DNA from: Candidatus Hydrogenedentota bacterium
Lineage (GTDB): Bacteria; Hydrogenedentota; Hydrogenedentia; Hydrogenedentales; SLHB01
NCBI GenBank assembly: GCA_963745075.1
Contig: CAVUWV010000017.1
Coordinates: 32,001-96,000 of the forward strand
DNA: 64,000 nt
Reading direction: 5' to 3'
Shown here: one piece after another, positions 39,500-50,600 of the stretch
Numbering within the stretch: position 1 is the first letter of the stretch
Layout of the letters: every line of letters begins with the position of its first letter
The notes under the pieces: model-generated
What the model was told of the DNA's origin: nothing
The model's input: the letters and a program-made list of their open reading frames with translations, nothing else
Databases searched by the model: none
Program-made: the position numbers and the translations under genes

Positions 39500-41460
39500 T
39501 GGCCCTGCGATTTCAGACGCGTCTCAGCCTCGCGATGAGTTTCCTGATCGGCATGGCAATCTGCGCCATGGCGATTCTCGTTTTGTGGGCCGCGACGCGG
39601 ATGATCCTCGAGCATTACCACAGCATGGGGGTTACCCTCACCAAGCTCGCGACTCGCAACATCCAATATGGCGTGAGCTTGCCCGACCGGGTGACGGACC
39701 GGGTCGGCGAACAGATGGTCGTCAGTGGCCTGCTCGTAGCGGAACTCGTCGCCATTGCCGAAGGCGATGCCGGAAAATCGCCGGACGAAATATCTGCCCT
39801 GCTTCGCGACGTGCGTGACCGGTCGAAAGAAGTCCGCGGCTATCCGCTCGTCGACGATATCTGGGTAACGGATGAAACCGGACGCGAATACATCGGAGCC
39901 AGCAAGGTCTCCGGATTTACCTTCTCCCCCGATCCGACGAAGAATCCCCAATCCTACGAGTTCTATTCCCTGCTGTCCCCGGGCACCCCGCCCATCATCC
40001 AACGCTTCCAACCGCGCGACGAGGATGGCGAATACTATGAATACGTCGGAGTCTCAGGCGTCGACAAACCCCGCATCATCCAGATTGGCGCCGGGGAACG
40101 GCTCATCAAAGGAATCAAAGAAGAGTTCTCGGTCCAAAACGTTGTCGATCGTTTTTTCGAAGACCTTAACGCCACGCGAATGATGGTGATCGATGCCGAC
40201 GGAAAGGTTCTCGCCGCCGCGGGCCTAGACACCTTACCACCGGAACAACTGAAGGATCCGGTGGTGTGCAAATTCGCGCAGAATTTTCTGGCGAACCCGG
40301 GGAGCACCTTCAGCGTCAAGCCCTTTGGCGAGGAAATGGGGGTCGTTACGCGTCTGCAAGGCGTTGACGGCCAGACGCCCAGCGCCCTCTTCATTCAGCA
40401 TCGCACCGAAGAAGGGTTTCATCTGATCCGGGAAAGTTTCCGGTATGTCATCGGCTTGAGCATCGTCACCATCGGTGCCGCAATCATATTGATCATGGTG
40501 CTCAGCAATGGATTCTCGCGACCGCTCCGCGCCTTGGCCGCCGGGGCCCGTCAGTTCGGGAAAGGGAACCTCGACTACCGCGTCCGTCTGGATACCCGTG
40601 ACGAGATGGAAAGCCTGGCCGTTGCCTTCAATTCCATGGCTGACTCGCTGCAAAACCGCATGCGCGAACTCGAGCGCGAGACCAAGCGCCGGGAACGCCT
40701 CGAGAGTGAATTGGCCATCGCGGCGGAAATGCAGCGAGGGCTATTACCCGAATCCGCACCGCGTATCGAGGGACTGGAACTGACCGGCTGGTCGCAGCCG
40801 GCCCGCGAGGTGGGCGGGGATTTCTACGACTTCCTGGATATGGGACCGGGGCGCATCGGGGTTGCGATTGGTGACGCCACGGGGAAGGGCCTGACCGCCG
40901 CCATGCTGACCAGCGAGTGCTGGAGCGTATTTCGCGCCCTCGCCACGGAACTGCAATCGCCGGCCGAATTGCTCGCACGAACCAACCGGGCCCTCTGCAA
41001 TAACGTGGGTATGTCGGGCCGATTCGTCACACTCTTCTTCATGATCGTCGATACCGACGAAGGCACCATCACCTACGCTCAGGGTGGACATAACCCCCCG
41101 ATTCTGGCCGGCGTCGACCCGAAACGCCGAATCCGGTTGTCGAGTTCGAAGGGGTTGCCGCTGGGAATCGAGCGGGATTGCGGCTTCGAGGACCGCGTGG
41201 TGGCTCTCGAACCGAACGACACGATCGTGCTGTACAGCGACGGCGTAACGGAGGCCCGCACCCGCGACGACCGCCTCTACGGCGAGCCGCGTTTTCAGGA
41301 CATTGTCGATCGCCTGGTGATGGGATCCATCGAAGATATCATCGACGGTCTGCGCCGTGACGTGGAATCGTACCTTTCGGGGCAGGATTTGACCGACGAC
41401 ATTACGATGGTCGCGGTGCGTTTCAAAGGCACGTTGTCCGCGGTCGATCCGTCCGCGTGA
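39499..41460 (+). CDS. Membrane-bound HAMP + SpoIIE/PP2C phosphatase (RsbU-like)
   Basis: Two TM helices with a periplasmic sensor, HAMP, VGGDFYD, GDATGKG, YSDGVTE, DDIT. Confidence 0.92.
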   Translation: MALRFQTRLSLAMSFLIGMAICAMAILVLWAATRMILEHYHSMGVTLTKLATRNIQYGVSLPDRVTDRVGEQMVVSGLLVAELVAIAEGDAGKSPDEISALLRDVRDRSKEVRGYPLVDDIWVTDETGREYIGASKVSGFTFSPDPTKNPQSYEFYSLLSPGTPPIIQRFQPRDEDGEYYEYVGVSGVDKPRIIQIGAGERLIKGIKEEFSVQNVVDRFFEDLNATRMMVIDADGKVLAAAGLDTLPPEQLKDPVVCKFAQNFLANPGSTFSVKPFGEEMGVVTRLQGVDGQTPSALFIQHRTEEGFHLIRESFRYVIGLSIVTIGAAIILIMVLSNGFSRPLRALAAGARQFGKGNLDYRVRLDTRDEMESLAVAFNSMADSLQNRMRELERETKRRERLESELAIAAEMQRGLLPESAPRIEGLELTGWSQPAREVGGDFYDFLDMGPGRIGVAIGDATGKGLTAAMLTSECWSVFRALATELQSPAELLARTNRALCNNVGMSGRFVTLFFMIVDTDEGTITYAQGGHNPPILAGVDPKRRIRLSSSKGLPLGIERDCGFEDRVVALEPNDTIVLYSDGVTEARTRDDRLYGEPRFQDIVDRLVMGSIEDIIDGLRRDVESYLSGQDLTDDITMVAVRFKGTLSAVDPSA

Positions 41461-41462
41461 GA

Positions 41463-41792
41463 TTAGCGTCGAACCCGTTTCTTCAAGCGTTTCAACACGG
41501 TATAGGCCTCATTCAGCGCACGCATCGTATCGTCGTCGCCGCCGTGATCGGGATGGTGAAGCTTCGCCTTGCGCCGGTAAGCCTGTTCGACCTGATCCCA
41601 CGTCGACGACGGGGAAATACCAAGCATCTTGTAACACAGATCGACTTCCCGGTCGGACGGCGGAGATTCGTCTTCCACACGTTCGCCGCGTAATTGCCGG
41701 ATGCCGCGGATAATCTGGGGCCAAAGCCCCGTCATGCTCAACACCGCCACGATGAGCATCAGGATAATCAGTTCCTGGAAACCTGTCATCAT
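41463..41792 (-). CDS. Small membrane-anchored J-domain protein
   Basis: N-terminal TM helix; YKMLG..AYRRKAKLHHPD..LNEAY. Confidence 0.88.
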   Translation of the reverse strand: MMTGFQELIILMLIVAVLSMTGLWPQIIRGIRQLRGERVEDESPPSDREVDLCYKMLGISPSSTWDQVEQAYRRKAKLHHPDHGGDDDTMRALNEAYTVLKRLKKRVRR

Positions 41793-41879
41793 AGTACCTG
41801 CCACCCGCCGCGCGAGAGCATTTCGATTGATACCGGCCAATCCGGGTGGGTCGAATCCTTCAACCCGTTGCGGTCGTTG

Positions 41880-42648
41880 TTACTTGCGCCGGCGTTTTTC
41901 ATCGTCAAACTTAAAGATATTATCCACCGCTTCGCCCACGGCGTCTACCGAATTCTTTGGCCGGGAGCGCCGACGGCCCAAAGATTCCGCCCAATTGCGG
42001 ATGTGCGGCGCTAGTTTCATGTAGGCAAAGGCAACCGCCATCCCGCCGAGATGGGTGGAAATGGCCACGTTCGACTCTCCCATCGCCTGGAGCAAGCTGA
42101 GCACGACGACAATCAGGACGATGGCGCGGGCGTTAATTGGAAACGGAAGCGGAAACAGGAAGATCTCGCGCTCCGGATACGCGAATGCGAACGCCACCAG
42201 CACGCCCAGGGTCGCCCCGCTCGCCCCGACGACGGGTGCGTCGGCGCCGCGCAGCCACCACGGAATTAGGCTCCCCATGACGCCTAACGCACCGCACAGA
42301 ATGTAAAACCGAAAGAACTGCCGGGTGCTCAGAACGCGCTCGAACGTCCGGCCCGAAGAAATACAACACCAGCATGTTGAAGAACAAATGCCCGAGTCCG
42401 CCATGAATGAACATGTACGTGAACGGCTGCCAGACAAACCCGTGTGTAAACTGATCGGGGTGGAAACCTAACAAGCCCGCCACTAGAAATCCGCCGGGAA
42501 GCGTACCGTCGCCGAAAGGAATGTTGACGATCAACTGGACGGCAAACAGGAGCACGTTCGCAAGGATGAGGCGCTGGACCGCGTACGTGATGCGGTTTCG
42601 CGGTGCGAACGTGAAGTTCTTCCGTTCTTGGTCGTAGTAACTGGTCAT
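41880..42648 (-). CDS. Rhomboid family intramembrane serine protease, with a +1 frameshift near 42343
   Basis: WQPFTYMFIH..HLFFNM in one frame; GASG and THLGG in the other. Removing one base gives 255 aa. Confidence 0.88.
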
Positions 42649-42780
42649 GACTCGATTCTACGTAATCCGCCCCCAGCCAAAGGGCATAAACGGCACCAGA
42701 CAGTTTTCCTCGCGCGGCGGGCGGCACTTGCCCATAGCGTGACAGATTGACCCGAGCGGAGGCAAACCGGGGTCGGCCGC

Positions 42781-43440
42781 TCAATCCCCCGCGGTGTTCG
42801 TCAGGGGGTAGGAATGGAGGGGGCCCATACGGCTGAACGGGAGGTAGATGTAATGCACCTTGCCCACAATGCTTTTCATGGGAACGGTGCGTTTCCATCT
42901 CTTCCCATTGACCGTGTCCACGTTCGGCTTGTCGGTTTCGATGGCGTGCCCCGTTTCCGGGTCGATGAGCCAATGACTTGCGTCGTCGCTCTCGTTCCGG
43001 TTGTCGCCCAAGACAAACATCTCTCCGTCGGGAACCTTTCGCGGCGGCATTTGGTAATTCATCGGCTCCCGGATGTAGGGTTCGGATGCGTATAACCCGT
43101 CGATCGCCAGATATCCATTCTCCGCAGAAATCGTGTCGCCGGGCATGCCCACGATTCGTTTGACAAGATAGCCTCCCGGTGTGAGCGGATCCGTCAGCAC
43201 GACGATATCGCCCCGGTGGTATTGCGGTTGCGGCACCGCGAACAGAAAATCGCCCGGCACGAGGGTCGGAATCATCGAGCCGGACGGTACTTCAAATGGG
43301 CGCACGCCCACGTACCCGAATTCGTAAATGAAAACGGCCGCAAAGACGAGGAATACGATATAAAAAATGCGTCTTCCCCGCGATAGACGCGTGCGCTTCG
43401 GGGCCTCGGGGGGCGGATTGGCTGCGTTTTCTGAATTCAC
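42781..43440 (-). CDS. lepB: Signal peptidase I
   Basis: PSGSMIPTL, VKRIVG, GDNRNESDD motifs. Confidence 0.93.
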   Translation of the reverse strand: MNSENAANPPPEAPKRTRLSRGRRIFYIVFLVFAAVFIYEFGYVGVRPFEVPSGSMIPTLVPGDFLFAVPQPQYHRGDIVVLTDPLTPGGYLVKRIVGMPGDTISAENGYLAIDGLYASEPYIREPMNYQMPPRKVPDGEMFVLGDNRNESDDASHWLIDPETGHAIETDKPNVDTVNGKRWKRTVPMKSIVGKVHYIYLPFSRMGPLHSYPLTNTAGD

Positions 43441-44390
43441 GAAGACGTTTGATTCTTTCCGGCTTTCGCTTCGGCTTGTGTCAGCAGTTTTTGCGCCACG
43501 TCATTGGTGGGGAGGATCTTGAGGGCCTCCTTGAGGCAGGCGACCGCATGTTCGTAATCGGGAACTTCGAGCCAAACCCGCGCTTCATTCAGCCACGTGT
43601 AGAACACTTGATCGAGAGCCGTCGCGCTCTTTCGCGCATGCTGCCATGCCTTGGCTGCGTTCTTCCAGTCCGGTGTCACGCCGAACCGGTCCGCGGCGAA
43701 GAAGTTCACCGCGTAATCCTGCTGCAGCAGATAGTCCGTCGGGCGTAGTTCCGCTGCTTCCCGCGAGAGCTTCATCGCCTCCTTGAATACTTTGGCGTCA
43801 TCCCACTTGTACTCTTCTTTCACTTGCGGGAAATTGATGAGATAGGTCTGCGCGAGATTGAATTTGAAGTCCGCATTATCCGGATCAAGTTCGATAGCCT
43901 TCTTATACTCGGCGAGCCCCCTGCGATAATCCCCGGTGTGCGTGTAGAAGATGCCCAGGTTATTGTGGGGCAAGCTCAGGTCCGAATCTTCGGCGGCAGA
44001 CTGTTTCCACATGCGGATGGCCCCGGCGATCTCACCACGTTGATCGCAAAGATACTCCCCGTAGTAATTCAGCGCCCGCGCGTTCCTGGGGTAGTACTCC
44101 ATCAGGACCGAGTAAATCTTGCCCACCAGTTGTTTGCGCTGTTCGATGAGATCCATCCGCCGGCGCACTTCATCCTGGTCCCTGGATGCGGCGGCCGTCT
44201 TCGCCAGATCCTCGTCCCAACTCATTAGGGCTTGCTGCAATACGTCATAGTCGCGCACCGCCTCAACCAGCTTCGCCTCGTCGTTTACCAGCCCGTTAAG
44301 GTAGCTCACTTCGTCCGGAAACGACACGGTCGCAGCATGCGCGGGTGCGGCGATGAACGCGGTAAGGCATACGATGGAGAGCATTTTCAT
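43437..44390 (-). CDS. Secreted TPR protein
   Basis: Signal peptide ending AHA; TPR motifs (HNNLG..AIELDP). Confidence 0.85.
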   Translation of the reverse strand: MKMLSIVCLTAFIAAPAHAATVSFPDEVSYLNGLVNDEAKLVEAVRDYDVLQQALMSWDEDLAKTAAASRDQDEVRRRMDLIEQRKQLVGKIYSVLMEYYPRNARALNYYGEYLCDQRGEIAGAIRMWKQSAAEDSDLSLPHNNLGIFYTHTGDYRRGLAEYKKAIELDPDNADFKFNLAQTYLINFPQVKEEYKWDDAKVFKEAMKLSREAAELRPTDYLLQQDYAVNFFAADRFGVTPDWKNAAKAWQHARKSATALDQVFYTWLNEARVWLEVPDYEHAVACLKEALKILPTNDVAQKLLTQAEAKAGKNQTSS

Positions 44391-44470
44391 GACAAACCTC
44401 GCTTCGGGTTGGAGGAAGTTTCAGCGTATGTCGGAAACAGTATACAATTCGGTCCCGCACAAAACCCATG

Positions 44471-45448
44471 TCACCGTTGGGACCGCCACCACACGTACGC
44501 GTTCACCGCTCGCTGCTGCCGGAACCCGAGACGTTCGTACAACCGCCGAGCCGGATTGCCCACCGTGACGCCCAACGCTATCTGGCGAAAACCAGCCTCG
44601 CAAAAGCACTGTGCAACTTCGCGCAGCAACACGGCGCCCAGACCCCGGTTCTGGTACGGCGGCTCGACAACGACTTGCAACACGAAACCGACGCCCGGCG
44701 CGATTTCGCTGCCGACCAGACCGGCAACGATCCGGCCGTCACGCTGGACAACCCGCGTAAACGCCGCCCGCGTTGTGCCGAACGCGCCGACCATGGCGCT
44801 CTCGAGAAACGCGACGGCCCCTTCATGACTGCGTACCTCGACGTGCAAATCGCGTCCGGGGTGGTCCCGGTAAGCCTCCACAATGACGTCGGCCAGCGCC
44901 TCAACCTCCTCCCGGACGAGAGGGCGGCTTTCCTTGAGTGTCGGCCGCGCAATGCCCTCCGCTCTGAGGTCAGCAATCATGAGCAAACGCGGAATGCGGC
45001 GAAAACCGAGCGACAAGAACGGGCCGTCGAGGTCCAGCGGCGCCATCGGAATGGCTTCGCAGATGATCCCCTCTACATCCTTGGACCGCAGTTGCTCCAC
45101 CAATCCGCGAATCAACGCCGGGCCGGACCCGCGCTCTAACGCACCCCGCAGGACGTGAATCAGGGTTACCTGCGCCACCTTCGACCGGTTCACAGCGACG
45201 GCAAGCCCGTCGCAGGTTCTTGTTTCTTCCCGGTTTGCCAACGCCGCTGCGGTACGCGCCGCGCCCACCGCCGTCACGGAAGGGTGCGTGAGCGAAGCGC
45301 GAATCGCCTGGGGCGCTACCAATTGATAATGCGTTGCCGCGTCAGGCCCGTAAAGTTCGGACAGGCCCTCCCCGATCTCGTCAATGAATTCGCCCAGATT
45401 TCCGGGAGCACGCGATAAGGGTTCGACCCGCTGCATGGAGGTGTTCAC
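44471..45448 (-). CDS. Tandem GNAT family N-acetyltransferase
   Basis: YQNRGLG and NPARRLYERLGF motifs; degenerate N-terminal GNAT domain. Confidence 0.82.
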   Translation of the reverse strand: MNTSMQRVEPLSRAPGNLGEFIDEIGEGLSELYGPDAATHYQLVAPQAIRASLTHPSVTAVGAARTAAALANREETRTCDGLAVAVNRSKVAQVTLIHVLRGALERGSGPALIRGLVEQLRSKDVEGIICEAIPMAPLDLDGPFLSLGFRRIPRLLMIADLRAEGIARPTLKESRPLVREEVEALADVIVEAYRDHPGRDLHVEVRSHEGAVAFLESAMVGAFGTTRAAFTRVVQRDGRIVAGLVGSEIAPGVGFVLQVVVEPPYQNRGLGAVLLREVAQCFCEAGFRQIALGVTVGNPARRLYERLGFRQQRAVNAYVWWRSQR

Positions 45449-45711
45449 GGTATGCTCGCACCCAATGGAATTTGCTTGTCTCGCGGCACATGGTAGCTGC
45501 CCTGTATATGCGTGTCAACGATTCTCCCTCCGTTCGCATCAAACACGATGGCTTTTGCCCAACTGAGCGGGGACTTTCGATCTGTATGCGACAATTCCCG
45601 TCCGGGACTTTTATTGCATAAATGCTTATTTTGTAGTTGGTTAGATCGAATATGGTGTTACCTCCCCCAGAATGTCATCGCCCGTTTCGGATGTCCGAAT
45701 GAAAAATTAGA

Positions 45712-45755
45712 TTGACTTGTTGTTAAATTTCGATATAATTCGATTATCTAATTAT
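45712..45755 (+). promoter_or_regulatory. Promoter TTGACT-N16-TATAAT overlapped by the palindrome ATAATTCGA-N3-TCTAATTAT (likely MarR operator)
   Basis: AT-rich inverted repeat at 45735-45755, directly upstream of marR. Confidence 0.7.
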
Positions 45756-45782
45756 TTGACGACCTTACTGGAAGAAAAAACG

Positions 45783-46289
45783 ATGAATGCAAACGTCTTC
45801 GAACAGGCGCGGTACGTTTTCGATACCGTGCGGATGCTCCAGGCCCGGATGGCCTCCCGCCACGCCGAATTGAACCCTTGTTGTGGGAAAGTGGGGGAGA
45901 TGCACGAACTGACCATTCCCCAAATGAATATGCTGAACAAGATTCGGGACTTGGGAGGCGCGACGATCAAGGACTTGGCGGTCGCCTTGCACGTGTCGGC
46001 CCCGTCGGCGTCGGCCATGGTCGAGCGGTTGGTGGAAATGGGCGTGGCGACACGCGAGCAGAGTCAGGTGGATCGGCGCGAAGTGGTGGTCCGCCTTTCC
46101 CCCGACGGTGAGCATACCCTCTCCGTAATGGAGAAGCAGATTCTCGAGTCCATTGTGGAGTTGCTGAAGGGGGTCGGTCCCGTGCACGCCCAGATGTGGT
46201 GCGACGTGTACGAACGAATCCGCGACGTGTTAAATCGGGAGCAGGTCGGCCGCGATCGCGGCGCCGGCCGGGAAGTTGAGAGCGTATGA
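45783..46289 (+). CDS. MarR family transcriptional regulator
   Basis: wHTH with SAMVERLVEMG and DRREV motifs. Confidence 0.92.
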   Translation: MNANVFEQARYVFDTVRMLQARMASRHAELNPCCGKVGEMHELTIPQMNMLNKIRDLGGATIKDLAVALHVSAPSASAMVERLVEMGVATREQSQVDRREVVVRLSPDGEHTLSVMEKQILESIVELLKGVGPVHAQMWCDVYERIRDVLNREQVGRDRGAGREVESV

Positions 46290-47671
46290 GTCGAATCAGC
46301 AAGCGGATCATCATTTCCGTCGTGGGCTGCGCGATGATGGTGTTGCTGGGGTTCACGGGTAAGGCGATTCTTGCAAGTTTTCGAAAGCCTCCCGCGCAAG
46401 TGAAAACCACCGAGCGGGTAATTCGCGTGGAAGCGACACGCGTACAACCCTCGGAAGTTCCCATCACCATAACCGGTTTTGGGGAGGTGCAGCCGCTCAA
46501 CACCGTTACCATAACCCCGGAAGTCGGCGGGCAAATCGTGGAGATTCACCCGAAGCTCGAAGTGGGAATGCTGATCCCGAAAGGAGAAACCCTCTTTGTC
46601 GTCGATCCCCGCACCTACGACGCACGAGTGAAGGTGGGCGAAGCGGCCGTAGCGCAGGCGGAGGCTTCGTTGTCACGGCTCAAAAAACAGTACACGACCG
46701 ATAAGGCGCGTTTGGCCACGCTTGAACGAACGCGGGATTTGGCCAAAGCCGAATACGAACGCCGGAGCCGCCTGATGAAAGAAGATCAGGTCGGCACTCA
46801 GTCCGCTGTCGATGCGGCCGAACAGGCGTGGAATGGGGCGCAGGATGCGTACGACCAATTGGATCAGGCAGTCACCCTCTATCCAATGCGAGTGAAGGAA
46901 GCGGAGAGCGCCCTCGCATCGGCCCGCGCAAACCTGGAAACGGCACGTATCGATCTGAAACGGACCCACGTCGTGGCGCCCTTCGACGCCCGCGTCAAAT
47001 CGGTCAATCTGGAGAAGGGGCAATACGTGGGTTCGGGCGGTTTCGGCGGGGCCGGCGGTCCGGTTCTTGAACTGGCCGACGATTCCGTGTTGGAGCTTTC
47101 CGTTCCGCTGGACAGCCGGGAAGCGCGGCGCTGGCTGCGATTCAATGGCGAGAAAAACGCGTCTGACCTGGCCTGGTTCAGAAACCTCAAGCCCGTCCCC
47201 TGTACGATTCGGTGGACCGAGGATCCGGAAAGCCACTGTTGGGAAGGGTCCCTGGACCGAGTGGAGCAATTCGACCCCGAGACGCGCACCTTAACCGTCG
47301 CCGTTCGGGTGGACGGTTCGAACGCGTTGTCAAAAGACGATGCCGCGCTCCCGCTGGTTGAAGGCATGTTTTGTTCCGTGGAGATTCCCGGAAAAGTGCT
47401 TGAGGGCGCATACCGCTTGCCAAACAGCGCCGTATCCTTCGAGAACACGGTTTACCTCTCGGTTGACGGGCGGCTACGCACCGCGCCGGTCGAAGTGTCT
47501 CATCGAACCGGAGATTATGTTTGTGTGACCGGCGGTCTGAAGCCCGGCGACATCGTCGTGACGACGCGATTGACCAACCCGCTCGAGAACACGCTTCTTG
47601 ACCTCGAACTCGCGGGCGAGACCAAGGCATTGCCGAAATCCACGGCTGGCACGAATGAGGAAGCCGCGTAG
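46286..47671 (+). CDS. RND efflux periplasmic adaptor (MFP)
   Basis: TM anchor, lipoyl halves (APFDARV), long coiled coil. Confidence 0.92.
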   Translation: MSRISKRIIISVVGCAMMVLLGFTGKAILASFRKPPAQVKTTERVIRVEATRVQPSEVPITITGFGEVQPLNTVTITPEVGGQIVEIHPKLEVGMLIPKGETLFVVDPRTYDARVKVGEAAVAQAEASLSRLKKQYTTDKARLATLERTRDLAKAEYERRSRLMKEDQVGTQSAVDAAEQAWNGAQDAYDQLDQAVTLYPMRVKEAESALASARANLETARIDLKRTHVVAPFDARVKSVNLEKGQYVGSGGFGGAGGPVLELADDSVLELSVPLDSREARRWLRFNGEKNASDLAWFRNLKPVPCTIRWTEDPESHCWEGSLDRVEQFDPETRTLTVAVRVDGSNALSKDDAALPLVEGMFCSVEIPGKVLEGAYRLPNSAVSFENTVYLSVDGRLRTAPVEVSHRTGDYVCVTGGLKPGDIVVTTRLTNPLENTLLDLELAGETKALPKSTAGTNEEAA

Positions 47672-50600
47672 TGAAAGCGTTGATTCGCAGACTGATCAGC
47701 AACAACGTCTTTGCCAACGTCGTTCTGATCATCATCATAATCACAGGGATTGTCTCGGCGAAACGTATGGTTCGCGAGTTCTTTCCCGAGTTCTCCGTCG
47801 AAACGATCTTTGTGGAAGTTCCCTATCCCGGCGCCGATCCGGAGGAGGTGGAGGAGGGGATCAGCCGGAAAATCGAGGAGGAGGTCGACAGTCTCGAAGG
47901 TATCAAACGCTATACGACCGTGTCCTCCGAGAATATCGCGCGCACCATCATCGAAGTCCGGGAAGATTACCCCGTGGATGAGGTCTACGACCGCGTACGG
48001 AACGCCGTGGATTCCATCTCGACCTTCCCGGTCGACGCGGAGAAACCCATTCTGTCCCAACTGACACTGCGCAACGAAGTGCTCTACCTTGCCCTTTGGG
48101 GGAACCAGAGCGAGCGGGTCATGAAGGAGTGGGCGGAGCGCATCAAGGACGAACTGCAGCAGCTTCCCGGGTTGTCCCAGGTCACCGTGTTCGGCACGCG
48201 GGACTACGAAATCTCCATCGAAGTCTCCGAGGACCGGCTGCGCGAATACGGCCTTTCCTTCGACCAAGTGGCGTCGGCGGTGCGCCGGGGCAGTATGAAC
48301 CTGTCCGCCGGCACGATCCGCACGCAGGACGAAGAAATCCGTCTGCGCACCATCGGTCGCAGCTATACGGGCGCGGACTTCGCCAAGATTGTCGTTTTGG
48401 CCAAGCCGGACGGCGATATCATTACCCTGGATCGTGTCGCGGACATCCGCGACGGATTCACGGAGGACCCTATCGAAGCGACCTTTAATGGCGAACCCGC
48501 CGTTATGCTGGGCATTTATAAAACCCAGGAAGAAGACGCCATCGCTATCGCTGATACCGTGACCGAGTACATGAAAGAAAAAACCCCCTCCCTGCCCGAA
48601 GGCGTGCATATCTCGCCCTGGAGCAACCGGTCCGATCTGATTCGCGACCGCATTTCGCTGTTGACGCGAAACGGCATTATGGGGTTGTGTCTCGTCTTCA
48701 TCCTGTTGTGGACCTTCCTGGACTTGCGCCTCAGCTTCTGGGTTGCCATGGGTATTCCCATATCGCTTTCGGGCGCCATGGCGTTGATGTACATGGTTGG
48801 CGGCACGATCAACATGATCTCCTTGTTCGGACTGATCATGGTGCTGGGGATCATCGTGGACGATGCCATCGTCGTCGGGGAGGCAATCTACGTTCATCGC
48901 AAGAACGGCGATCCGCCATTGACCGCTGCGGTGAACGGTGTCTGCGAAGTCGGCCTGCCCGTAATCGCGGCCGTGTTGACCACCGTTGTCGCGTTCATTC
49001 CGCTCGGCTTCGTCGGTGGCGTCATGGGTAAATTCATCGCAATCCTTCCGTTGGTCGTGATTGCGGCGCTCCTCGTGTCGCTAATCGAGGGGCTTTTCCT
49101 CCTACCGGCCCATTTGAGCCACCTGCCGGATATGAACGCCGACGTGGGCCCGGGCCATCCCTGGAAACGGCGGGCCAAGCGGATTCGCCGCGGCATCAGC
49201 AATGGCCTTGAGTATTTTGCCGACCATATCTACCGGCCCTTCGCTGAGAAGACCATACGCTGGCGGTACATCACGTTCTCCATCGCGATTTGTGCCATGT
49301 TGCTGGCCACCGGTCTCTTCGAAGCCGGATTCCTGCATTTCGTGATGTTCAGTCGCGTCGACGGAAACGATGTCGTCGCTTCCATCGAGTTTCCCCAAGG
49401 AACGCCCTTCGAGGTTACCCGCGATGCCGTCGAGAAAACACAAAAAGCACTCGAGCGTGTCGCCACCAAAATGGAGACGATTAGCGGCGACCCTCTAATC
49501 CAGAATATCTATGCGGTCACCGGCGAAGCGGGGGAAGGATTCGAGGCCCGGCAAGGTCCCAACATGGGAAGCGTGCGGGTCGAATTACTTCCCACCGAAA
49601 AGCGTGGGATCTACTCCGAAGACATCAACGTGGCTTGGGAAAAGGAAGTAGGTCCCATTCCCGGCGCCCTGTCCCAAACCTTTACCGGGCTTGAATCGGG
49701 CCCTCCGGGGTCGGCCATCGAGGTTTGGCTGCAAGGTGAAGACATGGACGTCCTGCTCGCCGCCGCCGAACAAATCAAGGATAAGCTGCGCGCCTACGAC
49801 GGGGTCTACCAGATCTCCGACGACTTCCGGCCCGGTAAGAACGAACTACAATTCAACATTAAGCCGGAGGCACGGGCGCTTGGCCTTACGCTGGACGATC
49901 TGGCCCGGCAAGTCTACGCCGGGTACTTCGGCGAAGAAGCGCTGCGGCTGCAACGCGGCCGGGACGACATCCGAGTACGGGTGCGGTACACCGAAGACGA
50001 AAGGCGCACCGTGGCCGATCTGGACAAGGTACGGATTCGCACCCCGCAGGGCTATGAAGTCCCGTTGTTTTCCGTGGCCGATGTGAAATATGCGCGCGGC
50101 TTCTCCAGCATCACCCGCGTCGATGGTCTGCGACTCGTCAAGGTGACGGCCGAAGTGGATACCAAGCGAGCCAACGCGGATAACGTGCTCAACGACTTGG
50201 AGGAGTCGGGCTACCTTCCCAATCTCCGGAAGCAAATCCCGGGATTCTCCTATGCCTTCGAGGGACCGAAAAAGGATAGTCGCGACGCGTTCGCCGGGCT
50301 TGCTATCGGATTTCCCATCGCCATGTTCGGCATCTACATCATCATCGCTACAATCTTCCGCTCTTACATACAACCCCTGATCGTGATGATCACGGTCCCC
50401 TTTGGCTTCATCGGGGCCATGCTCGGCCACTTGGCTCTTGGATATGACCTCACGATCATGAGCGTCTTCGGGATGGTCGCGCTGGCGGGCGTCGTGGTGA
50501 ACGATGCCATCGTCTTGATCGAGTGTTTCAACGCGCTTATCGCCGAAGGCGTGCCCTTTTTCGAGGCGTTGCCCCGCGCGGGAGCCCGGCGTTTTCGCGC

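Noticed and set aside
47515..48897. Long antisense ORFs (this one, 55498-56832, 6356-7504, 4120-5223 and similar)
   Set aside because: Typical high-GC shadow ORFs opposite well-supported genes, with no motifs or SD.
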